Shown piece by piece: positions 48,554 through 57,400 of a stretch of DNA of 64,000 bases. Position 1 is the stretch's first letter. Each line of letters starts with the position of its first letter. The position numbers and the translations under genes are program-made. The stretch spans positions 1,479 to 65,478 of the forward strand of contig CAIRTQ010000094.1 in assembly GCA_903881545.1 (NCBI GenBank), read 5' to 3'. This stretch comes from an uncultured Elusimicrobia bacterium (GTDB lineage Bacteria; Elusimicrobiota; Elusimicrobia; UBA1565; UBA9628). The notes under the pieces are model-generated. The model did no database searches and was not told the DNA's origin. It was given only the letters and a program-made list of their open reading frames with translations.

Positions 48554-49462
48554 ATGGCATTTGGTAAAATCCTTGCCACCGTGCGTTACCTCGACCCGGT
48601 CGCCCTGGCCAAGCTGCGCAGATTCGACCTCACCATGCGGCGCGTCCTGGCCGAAGGCCACCTCGTCGGCCGCCACCGCAGCGCCGCCAAAGGCCTCTCC
48701 CACGAGTTCGCCCAGCACCGCGCCTACGTCCCCGGCGACGAGATCAAGTCCCTCGACTGGAAGGTCTTCGCCCGGCAGGAGCGCTTCTATGTCCGGCAGT
48801 ACCAGACCGAGAACATACTGGCCAGCGCGGTCCTCCTGGACGCCTCCGGCTCCATGGGGTTCTCCGCGGCCGGCCGCCCGAGCAAATGGGAGCTCGCCTG
48901 CCGCCTCGCCATGGCCGTCTCCTATCTCGTCCTCGCCGGCGGCGACGCGGTCGGCTTGACGACCTTCGATACCGAGCCGCGCGACTACTCCCCCTCCCGC
49001 GCCAGCTTCGGCCAGCTCGCGGTCCTCGACTCGCTGCTGGACCGCTCCCGGCCCCGGGGAGAGACCGATCTCGCTAGCGCCCTGGAGGCCGCGGCCGCGC
49101 GCATCCGCAGGCGCTCCTTGCTCATCCTCATATCCGATCTCCTCGGTGACGCCGGCGCCATCATCAAGGCCATCAAGAGCCTGCGCGCCCGGCGCCATGA
49201 GGTCATGGTCCTGCAGGTCCTCGACCCGGCCGAGAAGAATTTCAGCTTCGACGGCCCCACGTTGTTCCGCGGACTGGAGGACGGCCGCGAGATCTACTGC
49301 GACGCCGCGGCTCTGCAGGACGCCTACCGCGAGGCCTTCGGCCGCCAGCAGAGGCTCTACGAAGCAGGCTGCCATGCCGCGTCCATCCCCTTCTGGTCCT
49401 TCCTTAATGACCGGAGTTGGGAAGACGAGCTGGCCCGATTCCTGGGGCGCGGGCTGTCATGA
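48554..49462 (+). CDS. DUF58 protein (MoxR-associated, VWA-like)
   Basis: About 302 aa from MAFGKILATVRYLDP. DUF58 core (DWKVFARQERFYVRQYQTENILASAVLLDASGSMGF). Confidence 0.8.
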   Translation: MAFGKILATVRYLDPVALAKLRRFDLTMRRVLAEGHLVGRHRSAAKGLSHEFAQHRAYVPGDEIKSLDWKVFARQERFYVRQYQTENILASAVLLDASGSMGFSAAGRPSKWELACRLAMAVSYLVLAGGDAVGLTTFDTEPRDYSPSRASFGQLAVLDSLLDRSRPRGETDLASALEAAAARIRRRSLLILISDLLGDAGAIIKAIKSLRARRHEVMVLQVLDPAEKNFSFDGPTLFRGLEDGREIYCDAAALQDAYREAFGRQQRLYEAGCHAASIPFWSFLNDRSWEDELARFLGRGLS

Positions 49463-52230
49463 CCTTCGCCAATCCGGCCGTGCTCTGGGCTTTGCCTCTG
49501 GCCGCGGCGCCGTTGCTCCTGCACCTGCTCTCCCGGCGCCGGGCCAGGCGCGTGGAGTTCTCGGACCTGACACTGCTGCGGCAGGTGCAGGTCCAGGCCT
49601 TGCCGCGCACCCGGCTGCGCCAGTGGCTTCTGGCCGCGGCGCGCTGCGGCATCATTCTGTTCTTGCTCCTCGCCTATGCCGGCCCGGTCCGGCAAACCCG
49701 CGGCGGGGCCGCGGCGGCCGGGGCCGGCGAGGGCATCGACCTCGTCCTGTTACTGGACAGCTCTTATTCCATGGGCGTCATGGACCGGGGCGTCGCGCGC
49801 CGCGCCGCGGCCCGGTCCGCCGCCGAGGACCTTTTGCGCAGCCTGCGGCCTGCGGACAGGGTGGCCTGCGCCGCTTTTTCGGACCGGTTGGAGGGCGCTC
49901 CGGGAGGCCGGCTGGCCTGGAGCACGCCTCAAGCCTGCCGGGATTTCTTCGACCACAGCCCGGCGGGCTATCGCGGCACTGATTACGCTCCGGCGCTCCA
50001 GGCGGCCTACGCGCTGTTGGCGGGCTCCCGCAACAAGCGCTCCGTGGTGCTCCTGAGCGACGGCGCGGCCCACGGGCTGCGCGGCGCCTTGCCGCCTCCA
50101 GAGCCGGGGACGGCTCTTTACTGCCTTTCCTGGCCGGGCACTCCTTTCAACGCCACGGCGCTCTCGGCCGCACCAGCCCGGGAGAGCTCGGCGCTCCAGC
50201 CGTCCCTGCGCGTCGTGCTATGGGGTTCGGCCAAGGCGGAGACCGCAGTCGACCTTTGGCTCGGCCGAGCGCACCTGGCCACCGCCAAGTCAGCGCTGGG
50301 TCCGGATGGTCCGGCCGCTCTGTCATTGCCGCTGCCCCCGGCTCGGCCCGGGGCCAAGCCGGCCTGGTCAGGCCGGGTGGAACTTCGCCCCGACGCCCTG
50401 GTCGCGGACGACTCCTATTTCTATTCCTTCGAGCATCCCCGGCAGCCGCGCCTACTGGTGCTCTATGGGGCGCCCGGATTCCTTAAAGCTCCGCAAGCGG
50501 GCTATTTTCTCAAGGAACTTTTCGCGAGACGGCCGGGCGGCGCGGCGCAGGGAGGGCCCCTGGATTGGGATGCGGATTTTAGGGCGATGGATGGACTTGC
50601 CAGGGACGCGTTCTCGGACTATGACGCCGCAGCCTTGGCCGACTTCCAGGCGATTCCCGGCCCCCTGGCCGCGGAGGTCGAGCTCTTCGTGCGCCGGGGC
50701 GGCGGGCTTTGGCTCATTCCGGGAAGCCGCACCACGGCCGAATCCTGCGCCGCTTTGGCGGACTGGCTGCCCGCGCGCCTGGGTCCGGCTCCCGATGCCG
50801 GAGCGGCCCGCGGCTTACGGGCGGAGACGGCCGCGGGGCCGTTCGCGTCATGGAAGAACTTCGAACTGGAAAAGGCCGCGGTGACGCGCCGGTTGAGTCT
50901 GGAGCCCAAGCCGGGCTCGGCGGTGTGGCTGCGGACCGCCTTGGGCGATCCGCTCCTCGTCACGGGAGGCCACGGCAAGGGCCGCATCGCGCTTTGGGCC
51001 GCGCCGCTCGACGCCGCTTCGGGCAATCTGCCGGTCAAGCCCGTGTTCGCGGCATTGGTGTCGGCCGTCACCGGCCTCCTGCGCCAGAGCGCGGCCGGGA
51101 CGCAGAGCTTCGCGGTGAAGGTCGGCGAGCCCATCGTCAGGGCCTGGACGGAAAAGGAGGCCGCGCCCGCCAGCGTGAGGCTGCGCTCTCCCGAGGGCCG
51201 GACCACCGGCCTTTGGATCAAGGACCGCCGGGTGGAATTCGCGGAGACCGGCAAGCCCGGCCTTTATGAGATGGAGGACGACTCGGGCGACCGGCGAGTC
51301 TACGCCGTCAACCTCGACCGCGGCGCGGGCGAGAGCGATATGTCCCCCCCGGCCCGCCCGCCCTGGCAGGGACTTGCTGCCGACAAACTGCGCGATGAGT
51401 TCTGGCTCAAGATGCGCGGCCAGGACGCGCGCGCCGCCGCGCTCTGCGCCGCGGCCGCATTAGTGCTATTGGAATTGGCCTTGGCGCTGCCCCGTTCCTT
51501 TTTCGTGCTTCTCCTCTTGGCCGGGCTGGCCGCGCCGGCCGCCTCCCAGCAGGGCGACCGCTTCGTCTGGACCCAGCTCCAGCTCGGGCCCACTTGGGAT
51601 CCCTATCCGGACGCGCCGGCCGAGGCGCTGGAGCTCTTCGCCACGGTCACCAGCGTCCTGGTGGCCCCGCAGCGCCGCGTCATCACCTTGGGCGACCCCG
51701 CCCTCTTTCAATCGCCGCTGGTCCTGCTCGCCGGGCGCGAGGCGCCGGAAGATTTGAAGCCGGGCGAGCAGCAGCGCCTGCGCGCTTATCTGGCCGCGGG
51801 CGGGACGCTGTGGATCGAGGATACCTCCGGCCTGGCCTCCGGCTCTTTCGACCGCTGGGTGCGGCGCACGCTCAAGGAGGTCGCGCCCGAGGCCGAACTC
51901 CAGGCCCTGGGCACCGATGATGTCGTCTTCAAGACCTTCTTCTTGCTGCGCCAGGCCGCGGGCCGGGTCATGACGCGGGCGACCTTGGAGGGCGTGTCCT
52001 GGGGCGGGCGCGCGGCCGTCATCTATTCGCGCAATGACCTCCTGGGAATCTGGATCAAGGACGCCCTGGGCCGGCCGCTCCTGCCCTGCGTCCCCGGCGG
52101 CGAGGCCCAGCGCCACAACGCCCGCAAGCTGACCCTCAACCTGCTCATGTACTCGCTGACCGGCAGCTACAAGGCGGACGCGGTGCACCAGCCTTATCTC
52201 ATGCAGCGGATGCGTTCAGGCGCGCCATGA
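49459..52230 (+). CDS. BatA-like aerotolerance-regulator N-terminal/VWA membrane protein with a C-terminal DUF4159-like domain
   Basis: About 923 aa with a BatA N-terminal TM domain (MTFANPAVLWALPLAAAPLLLHLLSRRR), a VWA-like DxSxS (LLLDSSYSM) and a DUF4159-like C-terminus. Its ATG overlaps the DUF58 stop as ATGA. Confidence 0.65.
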   Translation: MTFANPAVLWALPLAAAPLLLHLLSRRRARRVEFSDLTLLRQVQVQALPRTRLRQWLLAAARCGIILFLLLAYAGPVRQTRGGAAAAGAGEGIDLVLLLDSSYSMGVMDRGVARRAAARSAAEDLLRSLRPADRVACAAFSDRLEGAPGGRLAWSTPQACRDFFDHSPAGYRGTDYAPALQAAYALLAGSRNKRSVVLLSDGAAHGLRGALPPPEPGTALYCLSWPGTPFNATALSAAPARESSALQPSLRVVLWGSAKAETAVDLWLGRAHLATAKSALGPDGPAALSLPLPPARPGAKPAWSGRVELRPDALVADDSYFYSFEHPRQPRLLVLYGAPGFLKAPQAGYFLKELFARRPGGAAQGGPLDWDADFRAMDGLARDAFSDYDAAALADFQAIPGPLAAEVELFVRRGGGLWLIPGSRTTAESCAALADWLPARLGPAPDAGAARGLRAETAAGPFASWKNFELEKAAVTRRLSLEPKPGSAVWLRTALGDPLLVTGGHGKGRIALWAAPLDAASGNLPVKPVFAALVSAVTGLLRQSAAGTQSFAVKVGEPIVRAWTEKEAAPASVRLRSPEGRTTGLWIKDRRVEFAETGKPGLYEMEDDSGDRRVYAVNLDRGAGESDMSPPARPPWQGLAADKLRDEFWLKMRGQDARAAALCAAAALVLLELALALPRSFFVLLLLAGLAAPAASQQGDRFVWTQLQLGPTWDPYPDAPAEALELFATVTSVLVAPQRRVITLGDPALFQSPLVLLAGREAPEDLKPGEQQRLRAYLAAGGTLWIEDTSGLASGSFDRWVRRTLKEVAPEAELQALGTDDVVFKTFFLLRQAAGRVMTRATLEGVSWGGRAAVIYSRNDLLGIWIKDALGRPLLPCVPGGEAQRHNARKLTLNLLMYSLTGSYKADAVHQPYLMQRMRSGAP

Positions 52231-54443
52231 GCATGGGCCTGGAATTCGAAGGCGGCGCCGCCGGCGCCGCGGCGGCGCTGGCGCTGGCGGCCGGCCTGGT
52301 CTGGCACTGCCGCCGCGCGCGGGCCGGCAAGGCCCTGCTGGCCCTGCGCGTCCTGGCCGTTTCGGCCGTGGCGTGCTCCCTGCTGCGGCCGGCCGTGACG
52401 GTGAGCGGTCAACGCCTGGCCAAGCCCCCCCTTCTGGTCCTCCTCGACGCCGGCCATGCCATGGCCGCCCGGAAGGATGCGGGTGGGCGTCTCGAGGCGG
52501 CCCGGGACTGGCTGCTGCGCCGGCGCCAGGCCATCGATGAGCGCTGCGCGCCCAGGTTCTTCGCCCTTTCCGACCGGGGCCGCGGGCTTTCCGGCTGGGA
52601 GGAGCTTTCGTCCTTGACGGCTTCGTCCGCCGGGCTGCATCCCTCCGCGTCCCTGCGCGACGTCGCAGACGACCTGGCGGCGCGGCGCGAGCGGCCGCAG
52701 CGCGCCTGGCTCTTGAGCGACGGCAACGCCGAGCCTGACCCGGATCTGGATGCGGCGCTGGCCGAGCTGCGCCTGCCCGTGGACGTGGTGGGGGTCGGTC
52801 CCTCGCGGCGCGAGCGCGGCGCGGCCATCGTGGACCTGAGGACGCCGGACTTCGCCTTCCTGCACGGCCGGGTGGCGGTGGCCGTCGATCTGGAAGCCTC
52901 TGCGCTGGCCGGCCAGGCCCTGGAGCTTACCCTGTCCAAGCGGGGGCCGCAAGCCGCGTCGGGCTGGGAGGTCGCGGACCGGCGCCGCATCGAGGTCCGC
53001 TCCGACCTGGAGACGGTGGCCGCGACCTTCACGGCTACGGCCCAATCCTTGGGCACGGAGCGCTACCGCGTCGAGGCGCGCGCGGCGGGCGTCCAGGTCG
53101 CGGCGCGCGAGTTCCGCGTCGAGGTCATCCGGCAGAAATACCGCATCATGTATCTTTCGGGCCGGCCCAGCGCGGAATATGCCAACTTGAGGGAGTTCCT
53201 CAAGTCCGACCCCAACCATGAGCTGGTCTCCTTCGTCATCCTGCGCAATCCCGAGAACCCGAGCCTGGTGCCGGAGGACGAGCTGTCCCTCATCCCGTTC
53301 CCGGCATCCGAGATCTTCGTCGATACCCTCCCCCAGTTCGACCTGTTCATCCTGGAGAATTTCTCCTACGCGCGCTTCCATCTGCCCACCGCCTACCTGG
53401 CTTCGCTCAAGAGCTTCGTGGCCGCGGGCGGAGCGTTGCTCGTCATCGGGGGAGAGAACGCCTTCGCCTTGGGCGGCTATCAGGGCACGCCGTTGGAGGA
53501 CGTGCTCCCGGTCACGCTGTCGGACCGGAGCCCGGATTTCGTCCCCGGCCTGTTCCGGGCCAAGCCCGCCGCGCCCGAACACCCCTTGGTCCGCCTCTAC
53601 GACACGGCGGAGCGTTCGCGCGCGGCCTGGGAGGCGCTGCCGGAACTCGACGGCTACGCCCGGTTCGCCTCGGTGCGTCCCGGAGCCAGCGTCCTGGCCG
53701 TCCACCCGGAGGCGCGCACTGGCGCGGGCCAGGCCATGCCCCTGTTCGCGGTGCGCGAGTACGGGCGGGGCAAGGTGATGCTGGTCAGCACGGATTCCAC
53801 CTGGCGCTGGCGGCTGGGCGCAGCCCTGGATTGGAGGACCGCCGATTTTTACGGCCGGTTCTGGACCCGCGCCGTGGAGTACCTTACGGGCAGCCTGGAG
53901 CTCTCCAAGGTCAAGTTCGCGCCCTTGCCGGACCGCCTGCCCGCCCGCGAGCCGGCTGTGTTCTCCATCCGCGTCTTCGACGAGAACTTCCAGCCCGCGG
54001 CCGAGGATGCGACCGCGCTCAGCGTGCTGTGGACCGCGCCCGGCGGCCAGGCGCGCGAGGTCTCGCCCCGGCTCATCGGGCCGGGCAGCTACAGCGTGGA
54101 GCTGACGGGCTTGGCGCCGGGCTGGCATCGGCTCCGGGCCTTGGCGCGCCTGCGCGGCAAGCCCTGGGGCGAGGACGAGGTGCGCTTCGCCTGGGCTAAG
54201 GCGCCTCCGGCCGCGCCCATGGACCTGCGCTGGCTGCGTCACGCGGCCCAGGCCACGGGCGGCTCCTTCACGGAGCTCTCCGGGCTCGAGGCGCGGGCGC
54301 TCCTGGACAAGCTCCCCCCCGTCGCGCGGCAAAGCGAGGTCACGAGCCGGCGGCGGCCGACGGCCTCGCTCTGGTGGCTGGCGGCGGCCTTGGCGCTGCT
54401 CCTGTCCGAATGGGCCTGGCGCAGATGGCGGGGACAGCCGTGA
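52227..54443 (+). CDS. Membrane protein with a VWA-like region and a class-I glutamine-amidotransferase-like (ThuA/DJ-1-like) domain; Bat-operon member
   Basis: 738 aa with an N-terminal TM and a central GATase1-like segment (YARFHLPTAYLASLKSFVAAGGALLVIGGENAF). ATGA overlap with the upstream gene. Confidence 0.5.
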   Translation: MSMGLEFEGGAAGAAAALALAAGLVWHCRRARAGKALLALRVLAVSAVACSLLRPAVTVSGQRLAKPPLLVLLDAGHAMAARKDAGGRLEAARDWLLRRRQAIDERCAPRFFALSDRGRGLSGWEELSSLTASSAGLHPSASLRDVADDLAARRERPQRAWLLSDGNAEPDPDLDAALAELRLPVDVVGVGPSRRERGAAIVDLRTPDFAFLHGRVAVAVDLEASALAGQALELTLSKRGPQAASGWEVADRRRIEVRSDLETVAATFTATAQSLGTERYRVEARAAGVQVAAREFRVEVIRQKYRIMYLSGRPSAEYANLREFLKSDPNHELVSFVILRNPENPSLVPEDELSLIPFPASEIFVDTLPQFDLFILENFSYARFHLPTAYLASLKSFVAAGGALLVIGGENAFALGGYQGTPLEDVLPVTLSDRSPDFVPGLFRAKPAAPEHPLVRLYDTAERSRAAWEALPELDGYARFASVRPGASVLAVHPEARTGAGQAMPLFAVREYGRGKVMLVSTDSTWRWRLGAALDWRTADFYGRFWTRAVEYLTGSLELSKVKFAPLPDRLPAREPAVFSIRVFDENFQPAAEDATALSVLWTAPGGQAREVSPRLIGPGSYSVELTGLAPGWHRLRALARLRGKPWGEDEVRFAWAKAPPAAPMDLRWLRHAAQATGGSFTELSGLEARALLDKLPPVARQSEVTSRRRPTASLWWLAAALALLLSEWAWRRWRGQP

Positions 54444-54470
54444 AATTCCTAAGATGGATTTGAAGATCCC

Positions 54471-57400
54471 ATGAGAATCGCGCTCATACAATGTCCGCTT
54501 TGGGGGACGTTCGACCCTCCCATAGGCTTGGCGCAGATGGCCTCGTTCATGAAGAGCCAGGGTCATGAGGTCGCCGCCTGGGACATCAACATCAAGGCGT
54601 TCTTGAGCCAGCCGGAGGAGCGCAAGAGCCTCTGGGCCTGGGAAAAGACCGAGCTGTGGACCTTCCCGGACCAGGTCCAGAGGATATTCTCGGAGAATCT
54701 GGGGGTCGTGGACCGCTGCATCGACCAGGTGCTCGGACGCGGGATCCGCTTGCTCGGCATCTCCGTCAATTCGGCTTCTTACCTGTTCAGCCTGGAATTC
54801 GCCCGGCGGCTCAAGTCCCGGGAAGGCCGCATCCGCATCGCGCTGGGCGGGCCGTTCTTCCTGAAGCCGGCCGCGACGGCCGACGCCCTGCGGGAGGACT
54901 GCGTCGATTTCGTCATCGCCGGAGAGGGCCTCGCGGCTTTCGCGGAGCTGGCCCGCAGGCTCGACTCCGGCGCGGATGCCTCCGGCTGTCCGGGAGTGGC
55001 AGGCAAGGGCGCCGGACTGGAGGTGAGCAATCCCCCGCCGCCGCCCGCGGACTTGGACGCCCTGCCGTTCCTGGACTTCAGCGATCTTCCTCTCGGCGAT
55101 TACGACACCGGCAATCATCTCTCGCTGATGACGAGCCGCGGCTGTCCCAGGCAGTGCCACTTCTGCAGCTGCGCGCCCTGCTGGCCGGGCTACCGGGTCA
55201 TGAGCGGGCGGCGCATCTTCGAGGAGGTCAGGCACCACAAGGAGCGGTTCGGGCACGGGCTGGGGCATGTGGATTTCGTGGACCTGGCCTTCAACGGGAA
55301 CATGGAGTCGCTGTCGCAGTTCTGTGCCCTGATGGACCGCGCCGACCTCGACCTCAGCTGGACGGCCAACATGTACGTGCGCCCGGAGATGAAGGCTCCC
55401 GTCATCGCGGCGATGGCGCGCGCCCGCTGCCGGCACGTCATCCTGGGCATCGAGTCGGGGTCGGAGCGCGTGCTCAAGCTGATGAACAAGCATTATCGGA
55501 TCGCGGACGCCGAGCGGATGCTGCGCGAGCTGTTCCAGGCCGGGATATGCGTCACCGCGAACTTCATGTTCGGATTCCCCGGTGAGACCGAGGCGGATTT
55601 CCAGCTCACGCTGGACTTCCTGCGGCGCAACGCCCGTTACATGGGAGTCTATCCCAGCCGGACTTACTGCGCCCTCGAGGAGAACAGCCTCCTGGCCGCG
55701 CACCCGGAGCGGTTCGCGATCAAGCCATCTTCCGCGAGCCACATCTTCTGGGAAAGCAGCGACGGCCGGAACACCTATCCCGTCCGCATGGACCGCTGCC
55801 AGCGCTTCTGCCGGCTGGCGGCCAAGCTGGGCGTCGGGACCAGCGCCGGGGTGCAGACCACGGTGCCGCTCGAGGAATGGCTCACGCTGGGGGCCTATTA
55901 CGAGTTCAAGGGCGACATCCCCAAGGCCATCCAGAGCCTGGCCAAATACTTGAGGCGCGACCCGTGCAATCAGGAAGCGAGGCGGCGCCTCGAGGGCCTG
56001 CGCGGCCGCATCCCGTCCTTGGGCCTGGACCGCAAGAAGTCGGACGGCTTGCGCTCATTGGCGGAGCAAACCCTTTCGCGCCGGCCCACGGCCAAGGCGG
56101 TGCGCAGGGACAGGCCCCTTTCTCCCGTGTTCCTGTCCGTCCGGATGACTTGGCTGGCGGCGCGGCTGGGACGGCTCTCTAAGCGCCGGATCTCCTATCC
56201 GGAGACCATGGCAGTCAAGAAGATCATCACCGAGATCGTCCAGATCGCCAGGCTCCAGAAGCGGTTCCCCCCCAAGGTGTCCCGGGGCTTGCTGCGCCAG
56301 ATGGAGCGGCTGCGGCGTCAGGCCCGCGCCCTGCCGATGGCAAGGGGTCTGAAACTAGAGGAAGGCCTGGCCGGCGACGACCCCTCTTATGTTCAGCTGG
56401 GCATCGCCTCCAGCGAACGGGGCGAATTCCCCCAGGCGTTGAGATTTCATGCCAAAGCCATCGCCATCAATCCCTATAATGACGACGCCTATTGTTATAT
56501 GGGCAACATCCTGCGCAAACAGGGTCAGATGAAGGAATCCGACGCGGCTCTCCAGAAAGCCTTGGAGATTAATCCAAGCAACGACACGGCACGCAGCGGT
56601 TTGGGCTGCTTGTACTTCAGCCAGGGCAAGATTGCAGAGGCCTTGGAGGAGCTCACGAAGGCTATCGGGATAAACCCCAGGAATGACTGGGCTCATAACA
56701 TCCGTGCGGACATCTATCTTAGTCAAGGCCGATTATCCGATGCGGAGGCTGATGCTGTAGCGTCCATAAGAATAGATCCCAGGAACGACGGGGCGCATTG
56801 CAAATCAGGTAAGATCCTCCGGCTCCAGGGCCGTCTGGCCGAGGCGGAAGCGGCATTTGAGAAGGCGTTGGAGGTGAACCCGCGCTGCGTTGAAGCCTGC
56901 ACCGCATTGGGAGACATGCTTCAGTCCCAGCATAGGATCGCGGAGGCTGAAGCGGCGTTCCAACAGGCCGTCGCCATGGATCCGAATGATTATGGGGCGC
57001 ACTTATTTTTGGGCCATATCCGTCGCGAGCAAGGAAGATTGGCGGAGGCCGAAGCGCTCTTCAAACGGGCCTTCGCGATAGACCCCCGTAGCGAGGGCAT
57101 CTGCACGGATCTGGGACAGTTCTATCTTGCGCAAGGCCGGCTTTTGGAGGCGGAAGAAGAGATTCGGAAAGCCATAGAGATTAATCCCAAGAATATCTGG
57201 GATTATCTCATCAGGTCGGATATCCACTGCGGTCTGGGCCGGCTGCCCGAGGCCGAGGCGGACATCCGGAAAGCCACGGAGATCGATCCGCGGAACGACG
57301 GGGCGCATTGCAAATTAGGCAATATCCTCCGGCTCCAGGGCCGCCTGGCCGAGGCGGAAGCCACATTTGAGAAGGCGCTGGAGGTGAACCCGTGCTGTGT

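Noticed and set aside
52194-55742. 1182-aa minus-strand ORF antisense to the Bat-operon genes and the rSAM gene
   Set aside because: Extremely R/G/P/A-rich with no motifs, fully antisense to three well-supported plus-strand genes.
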